From Somniosus microcephalus (lineage: Eukaryota), in contig JBMRGM010000037.1 of NCBI GenBank assembly GCA_052327205.1, positions 124,001 to 188,000 of the forward strand: a DNA stretch of 64,000 nt, written 5' to 3'. Below are positions 1-13,707 of the stretch, in pieces. How positions within the stretch are numbered: the first letter of the stretch is position 1; each line of letters starts with the position of its first letter. The position numbers were made by a program, and so were the translations under genes. The notes under the pieces were generated by a model, which was given only the letters and a program-made list of their open reading frames with translations, did not search any database and was not told where the DNA came from.

Positions 1-3000
1 AGCTCCTGACCTTCTTTCCCACACCCCGAGTTCCTGACCCTCTTTCTCCCACCCCGAGTTCCTGACCTTCTTTCCCCCCTCCCCGAGCTCCTGACCCTCT
101 TTCCCCCTGCCCTGAGTTCCTGACCTTCTTTCCACCCACCCCGAGTTCCTGACATTATTTCCCCCCACCCCGAGTTCCTGACCTTCTTTCCCCCACCCCG
201 ATTTCCTGACCCTCTTTCTCCCACCCCGAGATCCTGACCTTCTTTCCCCCCTCCCCGAGTTCCTGACCTTCTTTCCCCCTGCCCTGAGTTCCTGACCTTC
301 TTTCAACCCACCCCGAGTTCCTGACATTAGTTCCCCCCACCCCGAGTTCCTGACCTTCTTTCCCGCCACCACGAGCTGCTGACCTTCTCTCCCCCACCCC
401 GAGTTCCTGACCTTGATACCCCCACCCCGAGTTCCTGACCTTCTTTCACACACCCCGAGTTCCTGACCCTCTTTCCCCCACCCCGAGTTCCTGACCTTCT
501 TTCTCTCACCCCGAGTTCCTGACCTTCTTTCCCCCACCACGAGTTCCTGACCTTTCCCCCCCCCCGAGTTCCTGACCCTCTTTCCCCCACCCCGAGTTCC
601 GGACCTTCTTTCCCCCACCCCGAGTTCCTGACCTTCTTTCCCCCACCCCAAGTTCCTGACCTTTTTCCCGCACCCCAGTTCCTGACCTTCTTTCCCCCAC
701 CACGAGTTCCTGACCATCTCTCCCACACCCGTAGTTCCTGACCGTGCTTCCCTCACCCCGAGTCCTGACCTTCTTTCCCCCCACCCTGAGTTCCTGACCA
801 TATTTCCCCCCACCCCGAGTGCCTCACCTTCTTTCCCGAACCCAGAGTTCCTGACCTTCTTTCCCCCCACCCTGAGTTCCTGACATTCTTTCCCCGACCC
901 AGAGTTCCTGACCTTCCTTCCCCCACCCCGAGTTCCTGACCTTCCTTCCACCCACCCCGAGTTCCTGACCATCTCTCCCCGACCCCGAGTTCCTGATCGT
1001 CTTTCCCCCACCCCGAGTTCCTGACCTTCTTTCCCCCACCCCGAGTTCCTGACCTTCTTTCTCCCCACCCCGAGTTCCTGAACTTCAATCCCCCGACCCC
1101 GAGTTCCTGACCTTCTTTCCCCCCACCCCGAGTTCCTGACCTTCTTTCCCCCCACCCCGAGTTCCTGACATTCTTTCCCCCAGCCCGAGTTCCTGACCTT
1201 CTTTCCTACCACCACGAGATCCTGACCTTCTTTCCCCCACCCCGAGTACCCGAACTCCTATTCCTCCACCCCGAGTTCTTGACCATCTCTACCCCCACCC
1301 CGAGTTCCTGACCTTCTTTCCCCGCACCCCGAGTTCCTGACCTTCTTTCGCCCCACCCCGAGTTCCTGACCTTCTTTCTCCCACCTCGAGTTCCTGACCT
1401 TCATTCCCCCACCCCGAGTTCCTGACCCTCTTTCCCCCCACCCTGTGTTCCTGACTTTTTTTCCCACACCCCGAGTTCCTGACCATCTCTCCCCCCACCC
1501 TGAGTTCGTGACCGTCTATTCCCCCCACCCCGAGTTCCTGACATTCATTCCACCCACCCCGAGTTCCTGACCTTCTCTGCTCCCACCCCGAGTTCCTGAC
1601 CTTCTTTCCCCCCCACCCCGAGTTCCTGACCTTCTTTCTCCCACCTCGAGTTCCTGACATTCTTTCCCCCACCCTGAGTTCCTGACCTTCTTTCCCCCCA
1701 CCCCGAGTTCCTGACCTTCTTTCTCCCACCTCGAGTTCCTGACCTTCTTTCCCCCCCACCCCGAGTTCCTGACCTTCTTTCTCCCACCTCGAGTTCCTGA
1801 CCTTCTTTCCCCCCACCCCGAGTTCCTGACCCTCTTTCTCCCACCTCGAGTTCCTGACATTCTTTCCCCCACCCCGAATGCCTGACCTTCTTTCCCCCAC
1901 CCAGAGTTCCTGACCTTCTTTCCCCCCACCCTGTGTTCCTGACATTCATTCCGCCACCCCGAGTTCCTGACCTTCTTTCCCCCACTCCAAGTTCCTGACC
2001 GTCTTTCCCCCCACCCCGAGTTCCTAACCTTCTTTCCCCCCATCCCGAGTTCCTGACCTTCTTTCACCCACCTAGATTTCCTGACCTTCTTTCCCCCACC
2101 CCGAGTTCCTGACCTTCTTTCCCCCATCCCCAGTTCCTGACCTTCTTTCCCCCACCCCGAGTACCGGACCTTCTTTCCCTCCACCCCGAGTTCCTGACCT
2201 TCTTTCCCCCCACCCCGTGTTCCTGACCTTCTTTCCCCCACCCCGAGTTCCAGACCTTCTTTCCCCCCACCCCGAGTTCCTGACCTTCTTTCCCCCCACC
2301 CCGAGTTCATGACCTTCTTTCCCCCCACCCCGAGTTCCTGAACTTATTTCCCCCCACCCCGAGTTCCTGACCCTCTTTCCCCCACCCCGAGTTCCTGACA
2401 TTCTTTCTCCCACCTCGAGTTCCTGACCTTCATTCCCCCACCCAGAGTTCATGAACTTCTTTCCCCCCACCCCGAGTTCCTGACCTTCTTTCCCCCCACC
2501 CCGAGTTCCTGACCTTCTTTCCCCCACCCCGAGTTCCTGACCTTCTTTCCCCCACCCCGAGTTCCTGACCCTCTTTCTCCCACCCCGAGTTCCTGACCTA
2601 CATTCCCCCCTCCCCGAGTTCATGACCTTCTTTCCCCCTGCCCTGAGTTCCTGACCTTCTTTCCACCCACCCCGAGTTCCTGACCTTCTTTCCCCCACCC
2701 CGAGTGCCTGACCTTCTTTCCCCCCACCCCGAGTTCCTGGCCTTCTTTCCTCCACCCCGAGTTCCTGACCTTCTTTCCCCCCACCCCGAGATCCTGACCT
2801 ACTTACCCCCACCCCGAGTTCTTGACCTTCTTTCCCCCACCCCGAGTGCCTGACCTTCTTTCCCCCACCCAGAGTTCCTGACCTTCTTTCCCCCCACCCC
2901 GAGCTCCTGACCTTCTTTCCCCCCACCCAGAGTTCCTGACCTTCTTTCTCCCACCTCGAGTTCCTGATATTCTTTCACCACCCCGAGTACCCGACCTTCT

Positions 3001-6000
3001 TTCCCACCACCACGAGTCGCTGACCTTCTCTCCCCCACCCCGAGTTCCTGACCTTCTTTCCCCCACCCCGAGTTCCTGACCTTCTTTCACACACCCCGAG
3101 TTCCTGACCCTCTTTCACCCACCCCGAGATCCTGACATTTTTTCCCCCACCCCGAGTTCCTGACCCTCTTTCCCCCACCCCGAGTTCCTGACCTTCTTTC
3201 CCCTCCCCCGAGTTCCTGACCTTCTTTCCCCCCACCCTGTGTTCCTGACATTCATTCCGCCACCCCGAGTTCCTGACCTTCTTTCCCCCACTCCAAGTTC
3301 CTGACCGTCTTTCCCCCCACCGCGAGTTCCTAACCTTCTTTCCCCCCATCCCGAGTTCCTGACCTTCTTTCACCCACCTAGATTTCCTGACCTTCTTTCC
3401 CCCACCCCGAGTTCCTGACCTTCTTTCCCCCACCCCCAGTTCCAGACCTTCTTTCCCCCACCCGGAGTACCGGACCTTCTTTCCCCCCACACCGAGTTCC
3501 TGACCATCTCTACCCCCACTCCGAGTTCCTGACTGTCTTTCCCTCCACCCCGAGTTCCTGACCTTCTTTCCCCCCACCCCGTGTTCCTGACCTTCATTCC
3601 CCCACCCCGAGTTCCAGACCTTCTTTCCCCCCACCCCGAGTTCCTGACTTTCTATCCCCCCACCCCGAGTTCATGACCTTCTTTCCCCCCACCCCGAGTT
3701 CCTGAACTTCTTTCCCCCCACCCCGAGTTCCTGACCCTCTTTCCCCCACCCCGAGTTCCTGACATTCTTTCTCCCACCTCGAGTTCCTGACCTTCATTCC
3801 CCCACCCAGAGTTCATGAACTTCTTTCCCCCCACCCCGAGTTCCTGACCTTCTTTCCCCCCTCCCCGAGTTCATGACCTTCTTTCCCCCTGCCCTGAGTT
3901 CCTGTCCTTCTTTCCACCCACCTCGAGTTCCTGACATTATTTCCCCCCACCCCGAGTTCCTGACCTTCTTTCCCCCACCCCGAGTGCCTGACCTTCTTTC
4001 CCCCCACCCCGAGTTCCTGGCCTTCTTTCCTCCACCCCGAGTTCCTGACCTTCTTTCCCCCCACCCCGAGATCCTGACCTACTTACCCCCACCCCGAGTT
4101 CTTGACCTTCTTTCCCCCACCCCGAGTGCCTGACCTTCATTCCCCCACCCAGAGTTCCTGACCTTCTTTCCCCCCACCCCGAGCTCCTGACCTTCTTTCC
4201 CCCCTCCCAGAGTTCCTGACCTTCTTTCTCCCACCTCGAGTTCCTGATATTCTTTCACCACCCCGAGTACCCGACCTTCTTTCCCACCACCACGAGTCGC
4301 TGACCTTCTCTCCCCCACCCCGAGTTCCTGACCTTCTTTCCCCCACCCCGAGTTCCTGACCTTCTTTCACACACCCCGAGTTCCTGACCCTCTTTCACCC
4401 ACCCCGAGTTCCTGACCTTCTTTCCCCCCACCCCGACTTCCTGACATTTTTTCCCCCACCCCGAGTTCCTGACCCTCTTTCCCCCACCCCGAGTTCCTGA
4501 CCTTCTTTCCCCTCCCCCGAGTTCCTGACCTTCTTTCCCCCCACCCTGTGTTCCTGACATTCATTCCGCCACCCCGAGTTCCTAACCTTCTTTCCCCCCA
4601 TCCCGAGTTCCTGACCTTCTTTCACCCACCTAGATTTCCTGACCTTCTTTCCCCCACCCCGAGTTCCTGACCTTCTTTCCCCCACCCCCAGTTCCTGACC
4701 TTCATTCCCCCACCCGGAGTACCGGACCTTCTTTCCCCCCACACCGAGTTCCTGACCATCTCTACCCCCACTCCGAGTTCCTGACTGTCTTTCCCTCCAC
4801 CCCGAGTTCCTGACCTTCTTTCCCCCCACCCCGTGTTCCTGACCTTCATTCCCCCACCCCGAGTTCCAGACCTTCTTTCCCCCCACCCCGAGTTCCTGAC
4901 TTTCTATCCCCCCACCCCGAGTTCATGACCTTCTTTCCCCCCACCCCGAGTTCCTGAACTTCTTTCCCCCCACCCCGAGTTCCTGACCCTCTTTCCCCCA
5001 CCCCGAGTTCCTGACATTCTTTCTCCCACCTCGAGTTCCTGACCTTCATTCCCCCACCCAGAGTTCATGACCTTCTTTCCCCCCACCCCGAGTTCCTGAC
5101 CTTCTTTCCCCCCACCCCGAGTTCCTGACCTTCTTTCCCCCACCCCGAGTTCCTGACCTTCTTTCTCCCACCCCGAGTTCCTGACCTTCTTTCCCCCCAC
5201 CCCGAGTTCCTGACCTTCTTTCCCCCCACCCCGAGCTCCTGACCTTCTTTCCCCCCACCCCGAGTTCCTGACCTTCTTTCTCCCACCTCGAGTTCCTGAT
5301 ATTCTTTCCCCACCCCGAGTACCCGACCTTCTTTCCCACCACCACGAGTCGCTGACCTTCTCTCCCCCACCCCGAGTTCCTGACCTTCTTTCCCCCACCC
5401 CGAGTTCCTGACCTTCTTTCACACACCCCGAGTTCCTGACCCTCTTTCACCCACCCCGAGTTCCTGACCTTCTTTCCCCCCACCCCGACTTCCTGACATT
5501 TTTTCACCCACCCCGAGGTCCTGACCCTCTTTCCCCCGCCCCGAGTTCCTGACCTTCTTTCCCCTCCCCCGAGTTGCTGACCCTCTTTCCCCCACCCCAA
5601 TTTCCTGACCCTCTTTCCCCCACCCCGAGTTCCTGACCTTCTTTCCCCCCACACTGAGTTCCTGACCTTCTTTCCCCTCCCCCGAGTTCCTGACCCTCTT
5701 TCCCCCACCCCGAGTTCCTGACCTTCTTTCCCCCCACACTGAGTTCCTGACCTTCTTTCCCCTCCCCCGAGTTCCAGACCTTCTTTCCCCCCACCCCGAC
5801 TTCCTGATATTTATTCCCCCAGCCCGAGTTCCTGACCATCTCTACCCACACCCCGAGTTCCTGACCTTCTTTCCCCTCCCCCGAGTTCCTGACCCTCTTT
5901 CCCCCACCCCGAGTTCCTGCCCTTCTTTCCCCCACCCCGAGTTCCTGACCTTCTTTCCGACAACCCTTAGTTCCTGACCATATTTCCCCCCACCCCGAGT

Positions 6001-9000
6001 GCCTCACCTTCTTTCCCTAACCCAGAGTTCCTGACCTTCTTTCCCCCCACCCTGTGTTCCTCACTTTCTTTCCCCCACCCCGAGTTCTTGACCATCTCTC
6101 CCCGACCCAGAGTTCCTGACCTTCTTTCCCCCCACCCCGAGTTCCTGACCTTCTTTCCCCCACCCCGAGATCCTGAACTTCATTCCCCCGACCCCGAGTT
6201 CCTGACCGTCTTTCAACCCACCCCGAGTTCCTGACCTTCTTTCCCCCCAGCCCGAGTTCCTGACCTTCTTTCCCCCCATCCCGAGTTCCTGACCTTCTTT
6301 CCCACCACCACGAGATCCTGACCTTCTTTCCCCCACCCCGAGTTCCTGACCTTCTTTCTCCCATCTCGAGTTCCTGACCTTCATTCCCCCACCCCGAGTT
6401 CCTGACCCTCTTTCCCCCACCCCGAGTTCCTAACCTTCTTTCCCCAACCCCGAGATCCTGACCCTCTTTCCCCCACCCCGAGTTCCTAACCTTCTTTCCC
6501 CCACCCCGAGTTCCTGATCGTCTATCCCCCCACCCCGAGTTCCTGACCTTCTTTACCCCCACCCCGAGTTCCTGACCTTCTTTCCCCCAACCCGAGTTCC
6601 TGACCATCTTTCCCACACCCAGAGTTCCTTACCTTCTTTCCCCCACCCCGAATTCCTGACCTGCGTTCCCACACCTCGAGTTCCTGACGTTCCTGACCTT
6701 CCTTCCCCCCACCCCGAGTTCCTGACCTTTTTTGCCCCACCCCGAGTTCCTGACCTTCTTTCCCCCACCACGAGTTCCTGACCCCCTTTCCCCCACCCTG
6801 AGTTCCTGACCTTCTTTCCCCCCACCCCGAGTTCTTGACCTTCTTTCCCCCACCCCGAGTACCCGACCTTCTTTCCCCCACCCCGAGTTCCTGACCTTCT
6901 TTCCCCACCCCGATTTCCTGAACTTCTTGCCCCCCACCCCGAGTACCCGACCTTCTTTCCCCCACCCCGAGTTCCTGACCTTCTTTCCCCCCACCCCGAG
7001 TTCCTGACCTTCTTTCCCCCATCCCGAGTTCCTGACATTCTTTCCCCCCAACCCGAGTTCCTGATCTTCTTTCCCCCGCCCCGAGTTCCTGACCTTCTCT
7101 CATCCCACCCCGAGTTCCTAACCTTCTTTCCCCCCACCCCGAGTTCCTGACCCTTTTTCCCCCCACACCGAGTTCCTGACCATCTTTTCCCCACCCCGAG
7201 TTCCTGACCTTCTTTTCCCCCCACCACGAGTCCCTGACCTTTTCCCCCACCCCGAGTTCCTGACCTTCTTTACCCCCACCCCGAGTCCCTGACCTTCTCT
7301 CGCCCACAACAAGCTCTGTCCTTCTGGCGCCCACACCGAGTTCCTGACCTCTCGCGCACACCGAGTTCCTGACCTTCTCTCCCCACACCGAGTTCCTGAC
7401 CTTCTCTCCCCACACCGAGTTCCTGACCTTCTCTCCCCACACCGAGTTCCTGACCTTCTCTCCCCCACACCGAGTTCCTGACCTCTCGCGCACACCGAGT
7501 TCCTGACCTTCTCTCCCCACACCGAGTTCCTGACCTTCTCTCCCCACACCGAGTTCCTCACCTTCTCTCCCCACACCGAGTTCCTGACATTCGCTCGCCC
7601 ACACAGATTTCCTGACCTTCTCCCGCTCACACAGAGATCCTGACCTTCTCTTGCTCACACCGAGTTCCTGACCTTCTCACGCCCACACTGTGTTCCTGAC
7701 CTTCTCTCCCCACAAGAGTTCCTGACCTTCTCACGCTCACACCGAGATCCTGACCTTCTCTTGCTCACACCGAGTTCCTGACCTTCTCTCGCCCACACTG
7801 TGTTCCTGACCTTCTCTCCCCACAAGAGTTCCTGACCTTCTCACGCTCACACCGAGATCCTGACCTTCTCTTGCTCACACCGAGTTCCTGACCTTCACAC
7901 GCCCACACTGTGTTCCTGACCTTCTCTCCCCACAAGAGTTCCTGACCTTCTCACGCTCACACCGGGATCCTGACCTTCTCTTGCTCACACCGAGATCCTG
8001 ACCTTCTCTCCCCACAAGATTTCCTGACCTTCTCACGCTCACACCGGGATCCTGACCTTCTCACGCTCACACCGAGATCCTGACCTTCTCACGCTCACAC
8101 CGAGATCCTGACCTTCTCTTGCTCACACCGAGTTCCTGACCTTCTCACGCCCACACCGAGATCCTGACCTTCTCCCGCCCACACCGAGATCCTGACCTTC
8201 TCTTGCTCACACCGAGTTCCTGACCTTCTCACGCCCACACCGAGATCCTGACCTTCTCCCGCCCACACCGAGTTCCTGACCTTCTCTCGCCCACACCGTG
8301 ATCCTGACCTTCTCTCGCCCACACCGAGATCCTGACCTTCTCTCGCCCACACCGAGTTCCTGTCCTTCTCTCCCCACACCGACTTTGTCACCTTCGCTCC
8401 CCACACCGAGTTCCTGACCTATTCTCGCCCACGCCGAGATCCTGACCTTCTCTATAAACCCCGACTTCCTGACCTTCTCTCCCCACACCGAGTTCCTGAC
8501 CTATTCTCGCCCACGCCGAGATCCTGACCTTCTCTATAAACCCCGACTTCCTGACCTTCTCTCCCCACACCGAGCTCCTGACCTTCTCTCCCCACACCGA
8601 GTTCCTGACATTCTCTCCCCCACACCAAGTTCCTGATCTATTCTCACTCACACGGAGATCCTGACCTTCTCTCCCCCACACCGAGTTCCTGACCTTCTCT
8701 CCCCCACACCGAGTTTCTGTCCTTCTCTCCCCACACCGACTTTGTCACCTTCACTCCCCACACCGAGTTCCTGACCTATTCTCGCCCACGCCGAGATCCT
8801 GACCTTCTCTATAAACCCCGAGTTCCTGACCTTCTCTCCCCCAAACTGAGTTCCTGACCTATTCTCGCCCACACCGAGATCCTGACCTTCTCTCCCCCAC
8901 ACTGAGTTCCTGACCTATTCTCGCCCACACCGAGATCCTGACCTTCTCTCCCCCACACTGAGTTCCTGAGCTATTCTCGCCCACCCGGAGATCCTGACCT

Positions 9001-9340
9001 TCTCTATAAACCCCGAGTTCCTGACCTTCTCTCACCCCCCACTGAGTTCCTGACCTTCTCTCACCCCCCACTGAGTTCCTGAACTTATCTCTCCCCCCCA
9101 CCCCCCCAAGTACCGACCTTCTCTCACCGACCTAGTTTTCCTGACCTTTTCCACATCGAGTTCCTGGCCTTTGCCCCCCGAGTTCCTGACATTTGCACCA
9201 ATTCCTGACCTTTGCCCACTCGAGTTTTTGACCGTTTCCCCCCAGAACTCCATGCCCACTGTCCCCTCAAGTTCCTGACCTTTCCCCAGCCGAGATCCTG
9301 ACCTTTGCCCCACCCCGAGTTCCTGACCTTTGCCCCCCCC
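1..9340. repeat. Intronic satellite, ~27-29 bp unit (CCCCGAGTTCCTGACCTTCTTTCCCCCA), G-rich on the minus strand, truncated by the window edge
   Basis: Several hundred diverged copies of GAGTTCCTGACCTTCT. The unit shifts to GAGTTCCTGACCTTCTCTCCCCACACC from ~7300 to 9100. All G/R/K/E-rich ORFs here are translations of the repeat. Confidence 0.97.
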
Positions 9341-9347
9341 CAAGTAC

Positions 9348-9512
9348 CTGTGCAATAAGCAGAGTTACACCCGGGTGCCGGCTTCAACTCATAAACGAAG
9401 TAACTGGTGCAGTTTCTGATCTTGATCTCCCCGGTCCAGTGGCAGGGACCGCTACCCCCGGTAAAACAAACTGTCCTCGCCACTTCTCCCTGTCCCACCG
9501 TGGGATGAAAAC
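9348..9512 (-). CDS. Coding exon 4 of a uromodulin/GP2/OIT3-like gene (C-terminal half of the D8C/D10C domain)
   Basis: Acceptor ctcgtttcag| and donor ACAG|gtactt; 165 nt, phase 1/1. Translates (G)FHPTVGQGEVARTVCFTGGSGPCHWTGEIKIRNCTSYFVYELKPAPGCNSAYCT, matching the family pattern HP..G...R..C....C.W...I...C..YxVY.L.....C...YC. Confidence 0.92.
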
Positions 9513-9604
9513 CTGAAACGAGGTTTGCAAATATTGAAGAAATAACCGAGGTGAATAGTGCTGGAGAGTGAATGTAAATCTGAGATTATAAAGTCTGAAA
9601 TTAC

Positions 9605-9681
9605 CATTTAACCAGCCTGAGACGTGTGTGGAGCAGCGATCGCGTGGAACCCGAGTCTCAGGAATCTGCCATCCACCAGAA
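9605..9681 (-). CDS. Coding exon 3 of the uromodulin/GP2/OIT3-like gene
   Basis: Acceptor ttgttccag| and donor AATG|gtaatt; 77 nt, phase 2/1. Translates (S)SGGWQIPETRVPRDRCSTHVSGWLN(G). A 92-nt intron separates it from exon 4. Confidence 0.9.
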
Positions 9682-10074
9682 CTGGAACAACAATCACAGA
9701 GTCAGACCCTGAACTGATGGCTCTTATTAACTGATACAAAGACTGGGAACTGACTGGTTGGGAAAGGTCACATCGTGTTTCTGCTCTTCAAGTTAGGGGT
9801 CGGGGTTAAATAGCTGGTTAGGATCAAAGCTGGAGATTGGTGATCAGTAACTGTAAATACTACATTAAATTATTAACTGTTAACAATACATTATATTAGT
9901 AATTGTTAAAACTATGTTAAATCAGTAAAAGTTAATACTTTAATAATTTAGTAACTGTCAATTACATATTATATTACTGACTTTCATTAGGTACTCCTTA
10001 GTCTAAAGTTTCTGTAAAGTTAATTAATTCTCCAATAAATAGACATATAGCAGGGCAGCTCAGTCCCGTGGAAT

Positions 10075-11040
10075 GTGCATCCTGTGCCATGTGCGATATC
10101 CAGTACGCTTCCCATGTGCAGGAAGTGTCGTCAGATGGAGGAGCTCGCGCCCTGGCTTTCAGAGTTTGAGCAGCCGCTGGTGTCATTGCATTGCATCTGC
10201 GAGGCTGAGAGCAACGTGGATAGCACGTTTCAGAAGTTGGTCACCCCGCAGCTAAGGAGTGCGAAGGCAGAGTGGGAATGGGTGACCCATAGACAGAAGA
10301 GGAGGACCACGCAGGTAATGCAGCAGTCCCCTGAATGCTTCTCTGTTCTGAAAAGTGGAAAGGTCAATGGTTCCACTGGGGAGCACAGCCAGGGCCAACT
10401 CCATGGAACCACGGGAGTCTCAGCTGTACAGGGGTGGGAGGATGATTATAGGGAATGCAATAGTGGGAGGGGCTTTCATGTTAGGGGAGCAGACATGCGT
10501 TTCTGCGACCGCAGATTTTACTCCAGGATGTTTTGTTGTCTCCCTGGGTCCAGGGTTAAGGATTTCACTGAGCGGCTGCACAACATTCTGAGGAGGGAGA
10601 GTGAACAGCCAGAGGTCGTGGTCCATATTGGTACCGACAACATAGGTAGAAGGAGGGATGAGTTCCTGCAGGCAGATTTTAGGGAGCGAGGAAAGGGATT
10701 AAAAAGCAGGACTTCAAAGGTAGTAATCTCTGGATTAATACCGGTGCCACACACTAGTGAATCTAGAAATAGGAGGATGGAGCAGATGAATGCGTGGCTG
10801 GAGAGATGGTGCAGGAGGGAGGGCTTCAGATTCCTGGGGCATTGGGGCCTGTGGTGCGGAAGGTGGGACATGTACAGGCCGGACGGGTTGCACCTCAACA
10901 GAGCCGGTACCAATATCCTCACGGGGAGGTTTGCTGGTGCTGTTGGGGAGGGTTTAAACGAAGTTGCAGGGGGATGGGCACCCGTATGTGGCCTCAGAAA
11001 TGAGAAAGAAAGGGGACAAATGATTGCGAGCGATGTATAG
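10075..11040 (+). pseudogene. CR1 ORF1 remnant (Zn-finger/coiled coil plus SGNH esterase domain)
   Basis: CCLPGSRVKD, VVVHIGTDNIG and DGLHLNRAG motifs. The GDS block is degenerate/frameshifted near 10460-10490. Confidence 0.8.
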
Positions 11041-12702
11041 TGCTAAAGTAATAAACAGTAAGGTATTATGTGGGGTCAGGCTAAGAGAGAAAACAGGATG
11101 GTAGATGACAGGTTTACAGTGTATGTATGTGAACGCACGAAGCGTAGTAAACAGGTTGGTGAGCTGCAGGCACAAATAATTATATGGGGATATGATGTTG
11201 TGGCAATAATGGAGACTTGGCTCAAACAATGGCAGGATTTGGTATTAAATACTTCTGGTTATAAGCTGTTCAGGAAAGGTATTGAAGGAAAGATAGGAGT
11301 TGGTGACGGAGAATGTTGCAGTGCTGGAGAAAGAGGATGTCCTGGAGGGTTCAAGCTTGAGTTAAGAAATAATACTCTATTCGATAGGCCACCAACTGTA
11401 GGTAAAAATATGGTGGAGCCAGTTTTGCAGAGAAAATACAGTGAGATGCTAGAAATATAGCGTAGTGATAATGGGGGACTTCAACAATCCTAATATAGAC
11501 TGAGATAGTACTATTGTAAAGGGCAGAGATGGGGAAGAATTTCTGAAATGCATTCAGGAGATCGTTCTTGATCCGTAGTTTTCTGGCCCAATAAAGAAGG
11601 GGGCTTTGCTGGGTCTGGTTCTGGGGAATGAGGTAGGTCAAGGGGAGCAAGTGTCAGTAGATGTACATTTAGGGAACAGTGATCATAGTATCATAAGGTT
11701 TAGATTATCTATGGAATAGGACAGGGAACAATCTAGTGTAAAAATGGTTAATTTGAGTAAGGCCAATTTCAGTGGGTTGCGAACGAATCTTGCCCAGGTA
11801 AACTGGAATCAAAGATTGGCATGCAAAACTGTAATTGAACAGTGGGCTGCCTTTAAAGAGTAAATAGTTCGGGTACAGTCAAGGTACTTTTCCACTAGGG
11901 GGAAAGGTAGGGCAACTAACGTCAGCGCTCCCCGAATGACGAAAGAGATAGAGAGTAAGACGAAGCAGAAAAAGAGTGCGTATGGCAGATTTCAGGTTGA
12001 GAATACATCTGTGAATCAGGCTAAATACAGAAAGTTCAGAGGAGAAGTCAAAAAGAAAATAAAAGAGGCCAAAAGACGAAATAAGAATAGAATGGCAACT
12101 AACAAAAGAGGTAATCCAAAAGTCTTCTATAGGCATATAAATAGTAACCGGGTAGTAAGAGGAGGGGTGGGGCCATTTATAGCCCAAAAAGGATACCTAC
12201 ACATGGAAGCACAGGGCATGGCTGAGGTGCAGAAATGATTACTTTGCATCTGTCTTCATCAAGTAAGAAGATGCTGCCATTGGCATAGTGAAGGAGGAGT
12301 TAGAGGACATACAGGATGGGATAATAATTGCTAAAGAGGAGGTTCTAGAAAGGCTGGCTGTAATTTATGTAGATATGTCAGCAGGACCAGATGGGATGCA
12401 TCGTAGGACGCTGAGGGAAGTGAAGGAAGAAATCACAGAGGTACAGACCAGAAACTTACTCTCCTCCTTAGAAACAGGGGTGGTGCCAGAGAACTGGAGA
12501 GTTGAAAACGTTGCACCCTTGTGCTAAAAAGTGTCTAATGATAAACTCAGCAACTACAGGCCAGTCTGTTTAAAATCTGTATTGGGGTAGCATTTAGAAA
12601 TAATAAACAGGGATAAAATTATCAGTCACTTGTACAAGTGTGGATTAAGTAAGGAAGGGCAACACGGATTTGTTAAAGGCAAATCGTGTTTAACTAACTT
12701 GA

Positions 12703-12873
12703 ACATTTGCACTTTATTATGTTTATGTTTATGGTACAAGCCAAATGTAAGTTAAATGTCTCAATCAAAATGTACACTCTCGGGAGCCGCAAGCTTACAT
12801 TTCGTTGTACTGCACTTGTGCACTAACAATGACAATAAAGTTGATTATGATAATTATGATTATGATTATGATT
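12703..12873 (+). mobile_element. Short LINE 3'-end insertion (Rex1/Babar-like) inside the CR1
   Basis: Interrupts the CR1 RT region and ends ...AATGACAATAAAGTTG followed by an (ATTATG)n tail. Family assignment is from recalled pattern only. Confidence 0.5.
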
Positions 12874-13707
12874 TTCTTTGATGTGGTAACAGAAAGGGTT
12901 GATTTGGGCAATGCCGTTGACGGGATGTACACGGGTTTGTTGAAGGAAAATCGTGTTTACCTAACTTGATCATTTTTTGTGATGAGGTAACAGAGAGGGT
13001 TGATTAGGGCAATCCGGTTGATGTGATGTACATGGATTTCCAAAAGGCGTTCAACAAAGTGCCTCGTAATAGTCTTGCCAGCCAAGCTGAAGCCCATGGA
13101 ATAAAAGAGACAGTGGCAGCAAGGATACAAAATTGACTAAGTGACAGGAAACACAGAGTATTGGTGATCGGTTGTTTGTCAGGCTGGAGGAACGTGCACA
13201 GTGGTCTTCCCCAAGTGTTGGTTCTAGGACCACTGCGTTTCTTGATATATATTAATGAATTGAATCTGGGTGTACAGGGCACAAGTTCAAAATTTGCAGA
13301 TGACACAAAACTTGGAAGTATAGTGAACAGTGATGAGGATAGTGATAGACTTCAAGAAGATATAGACAGGCTGGTGGAATGGGCGGACACGTAGGTGAAA
13401 TTTAATGCAGAAAAGTACAAAGTGATGCATTTTGGTATAAAGAAAGAGTAGAGGAAATAAAAAAAACTGAAGTGTATAATCCTAAAGGTGGTCCATGAAC
13501 AGGGAGAACTAGGGGTAGATGTGCTCAAATTGTTTAAGTGCACGACTGATTGAAAAAGCGGTTGAAAATCCTTACGGAATCCTTTGATTCATTAATAGAG
13601 GTATAGACTACAGAGCATGGACGTTATTATGAATTGGTATAAAGCACTGGTTCTGCCTCAACTGGAGTATTGTGTCCAATTCAGGGCACTACTTTAAGAA
13701 GGATGTA

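Noticed and set aside
1-9340. Dozens of long G/R/K/E-rich minus-strand ORFs
   Set aside because: They are overlapping translations of one satellite in all three frames, mostly with non-ATG starts and no splice or domain evidence.
9124-9347. Extension of the 124-aa ORF beyond YCT
   Set aside because: It is read-through of the donor into intronic satellite.
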